From Azolla caroliniana (Eukaryota; Plantae; Polypodiophyta), in contig JBHGNT010000001.1 in assembly GCA_043228905.1 (NCBI GenBank), positions 19,778,001 to 19,842,000 on the forward strand: a stretch of 64,000 nucleotides of DNA, given 5' to 3'. Every line of letters begins with the position of its first letter. Within the stretch, counting starts at the first letter, position 1. The position numbers were made by a program, and so were the translations under genes. The notes under the pieces were generated by a model. It made no database searches. It saw only the letters and a program-made list of their open reading frames with translations, and had not been told where the DNA came from. Of this stretch, positions 62,909 through 64,000 are shown in pieces.

Positions 62909-64000
62909 AGGAACTCGGTTGATCACCGTTGCCAAAGATCTCACCTCTTCACCTTTCTCGGCACATACCGGAGGATGTGCGGGTTTGGTGGGGGTGGATG
63001 TCGTGACGATTTTTGGCTACGGTGTGAAACCGAGTGAGACGAATAAACCAAGGATGTGCAACATTGCACATGCACTTAGCAAATAAACCTAGCCTAGTGG
63101 CACTTGAGTTCATACAGAGGGGTGCAAGCAAGGTTTGAACCTTGCACCTCTAAGATACAAGATAATTGCCTTACCACTAGGACAACTATCATATAGTGTA
63201 GATTTTATGTATTTCCTTTTCATATACAAATTATAGACGAAACAACCATAGAAAACCATGTGCACAAAACCATGGTTTTAAACCCATGGTTTGTGCATGA
63301 CATAAGCAAAACCGTGTGCACAAAACCATGGTTTTAGCCCATGGTTTTGTGCATGTCACGAGCATGGAAAGACCTATAAAAGCCTCTAGTTGGGCTTGTG
63401 TAAGGGGGGCTCAATATGTGATATCACCAACACCATTATCATCAATATAAATTATATTTGTCTTTATCTTCTTCATTATTTTCTACTTCTCAAGTGTACA
63501 AGCTTTCTTCTTCTCAAGTGAACAAATTCCGTCTAATCTTACATTGATCGTCATCTCTTCGATAATTCCGCGAACGTCCTCCCCAGTCCAAGACCCCGGT
63601 GGTCGCTCGAGTAGCACACGCACGCGCGAATCTTCGCGACACCGTCTCCTCGGCTTCCTACGCGGGGAATGCACGGCCGAGTCTCCACTACTCGCCGGCT
63701 CTTCATTGGATTGGTCGAACTAACTCAGTCTTCCATTCGGTCCACTTAACTAAAACGAAATCGGACTCTCTTCGCAGGTCCCGATTTCAGGCTCATCCGG
63801 AGGCATCTCAGTCTTGCTGACCTCATCGTCAGAACTCAGATTGGAGGTGAGGTCCGGAGTCGGAGGCAAGTACCAGGACGCGGACTCGTCAAACACAACG
63901 TCGCGGCTCACGCGCACTTGTTTGGTGCGTGGTTTATAACACTTATAACCCTTCTGCTTGTCTGAGTAACCAACCAAGATACATTTCTCGGCCTTTGCGT

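Larger units (their letters stand above)
60125..63641 (+). mobile_element. Young non-autonomous gag-only (TR-GAG-like) Gypsy-type LTR element
   Basis: 643-bp LTRs 60125-60767 and 62999-63641 with no differences seen by eye; 4-bp TSD CCGT; PBS TGGTGAACCCGACGTGA (tRNA-Trp 3' complement) 60773-60789; G-rich PPT; no pol. Confidence 0.93.
57376..64000 (-). mobile_element. Copia family D copy D6 (3' LTR, RH, RT, INT; runs off the right edge)
   Basis: LTR 57376-57815; ORFs 57927-58829 (RH plus extension), 58870-59460 and 59511-59969 (RT), 63750-63977 (INT C-terminus); the frame PRRRLTRK is continuous across the 60125-63641 insertion. Confidence 0.92.

Overview
Plant nuclear DNA, most likely from a non-seed vascular plant such as a fern. 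This is an inference from the PLS-PPR style and from Tcn1-like and non-chromovirus Gypsy lineages. The only host gene is an intact PLS-class PPR ORF on the minus strand (1527 to beyond base 1), which the ORF track missed. The remaining ~62 kb is a deeply nested transposon island: many mostly degenerate Ty1/Copia copies and solo LTRs from four or five LTR families (labelled A, C, D and E here), a full-length chromodomain Gypsy element (24830-30427), a non-chromovirus Gypsy pol plus 3' LTR, and a very young gag-only LTR element with apparently identical LTRs (60125-63641). Target-site duplications reconstruct at least five layers of LTR nesting. Most notable signals: (1) three different Gypsy LTR families each carry an antisense tRNA-like A-box/B-box (Pol III-type) cassette in U3; (2) the oldest substrate under the nest contains a disrupted ORF with a beta-class amino-DNA-methyltransferase-like signature (VYCGD...LLIVDIPY), divergent from a decayed transposase-like ORF across a palindromic foldback array; (3) the chromovirus lacks a tRNA PBS but shows Tf1-like self-priming complementarity and a candidate -1 frameshift pseudoknot; (4) the gag-only element shares a 3' cis-motif with a candidate helper Gypsy family in the same window. 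All alignments were done by eye and no database searches were run.
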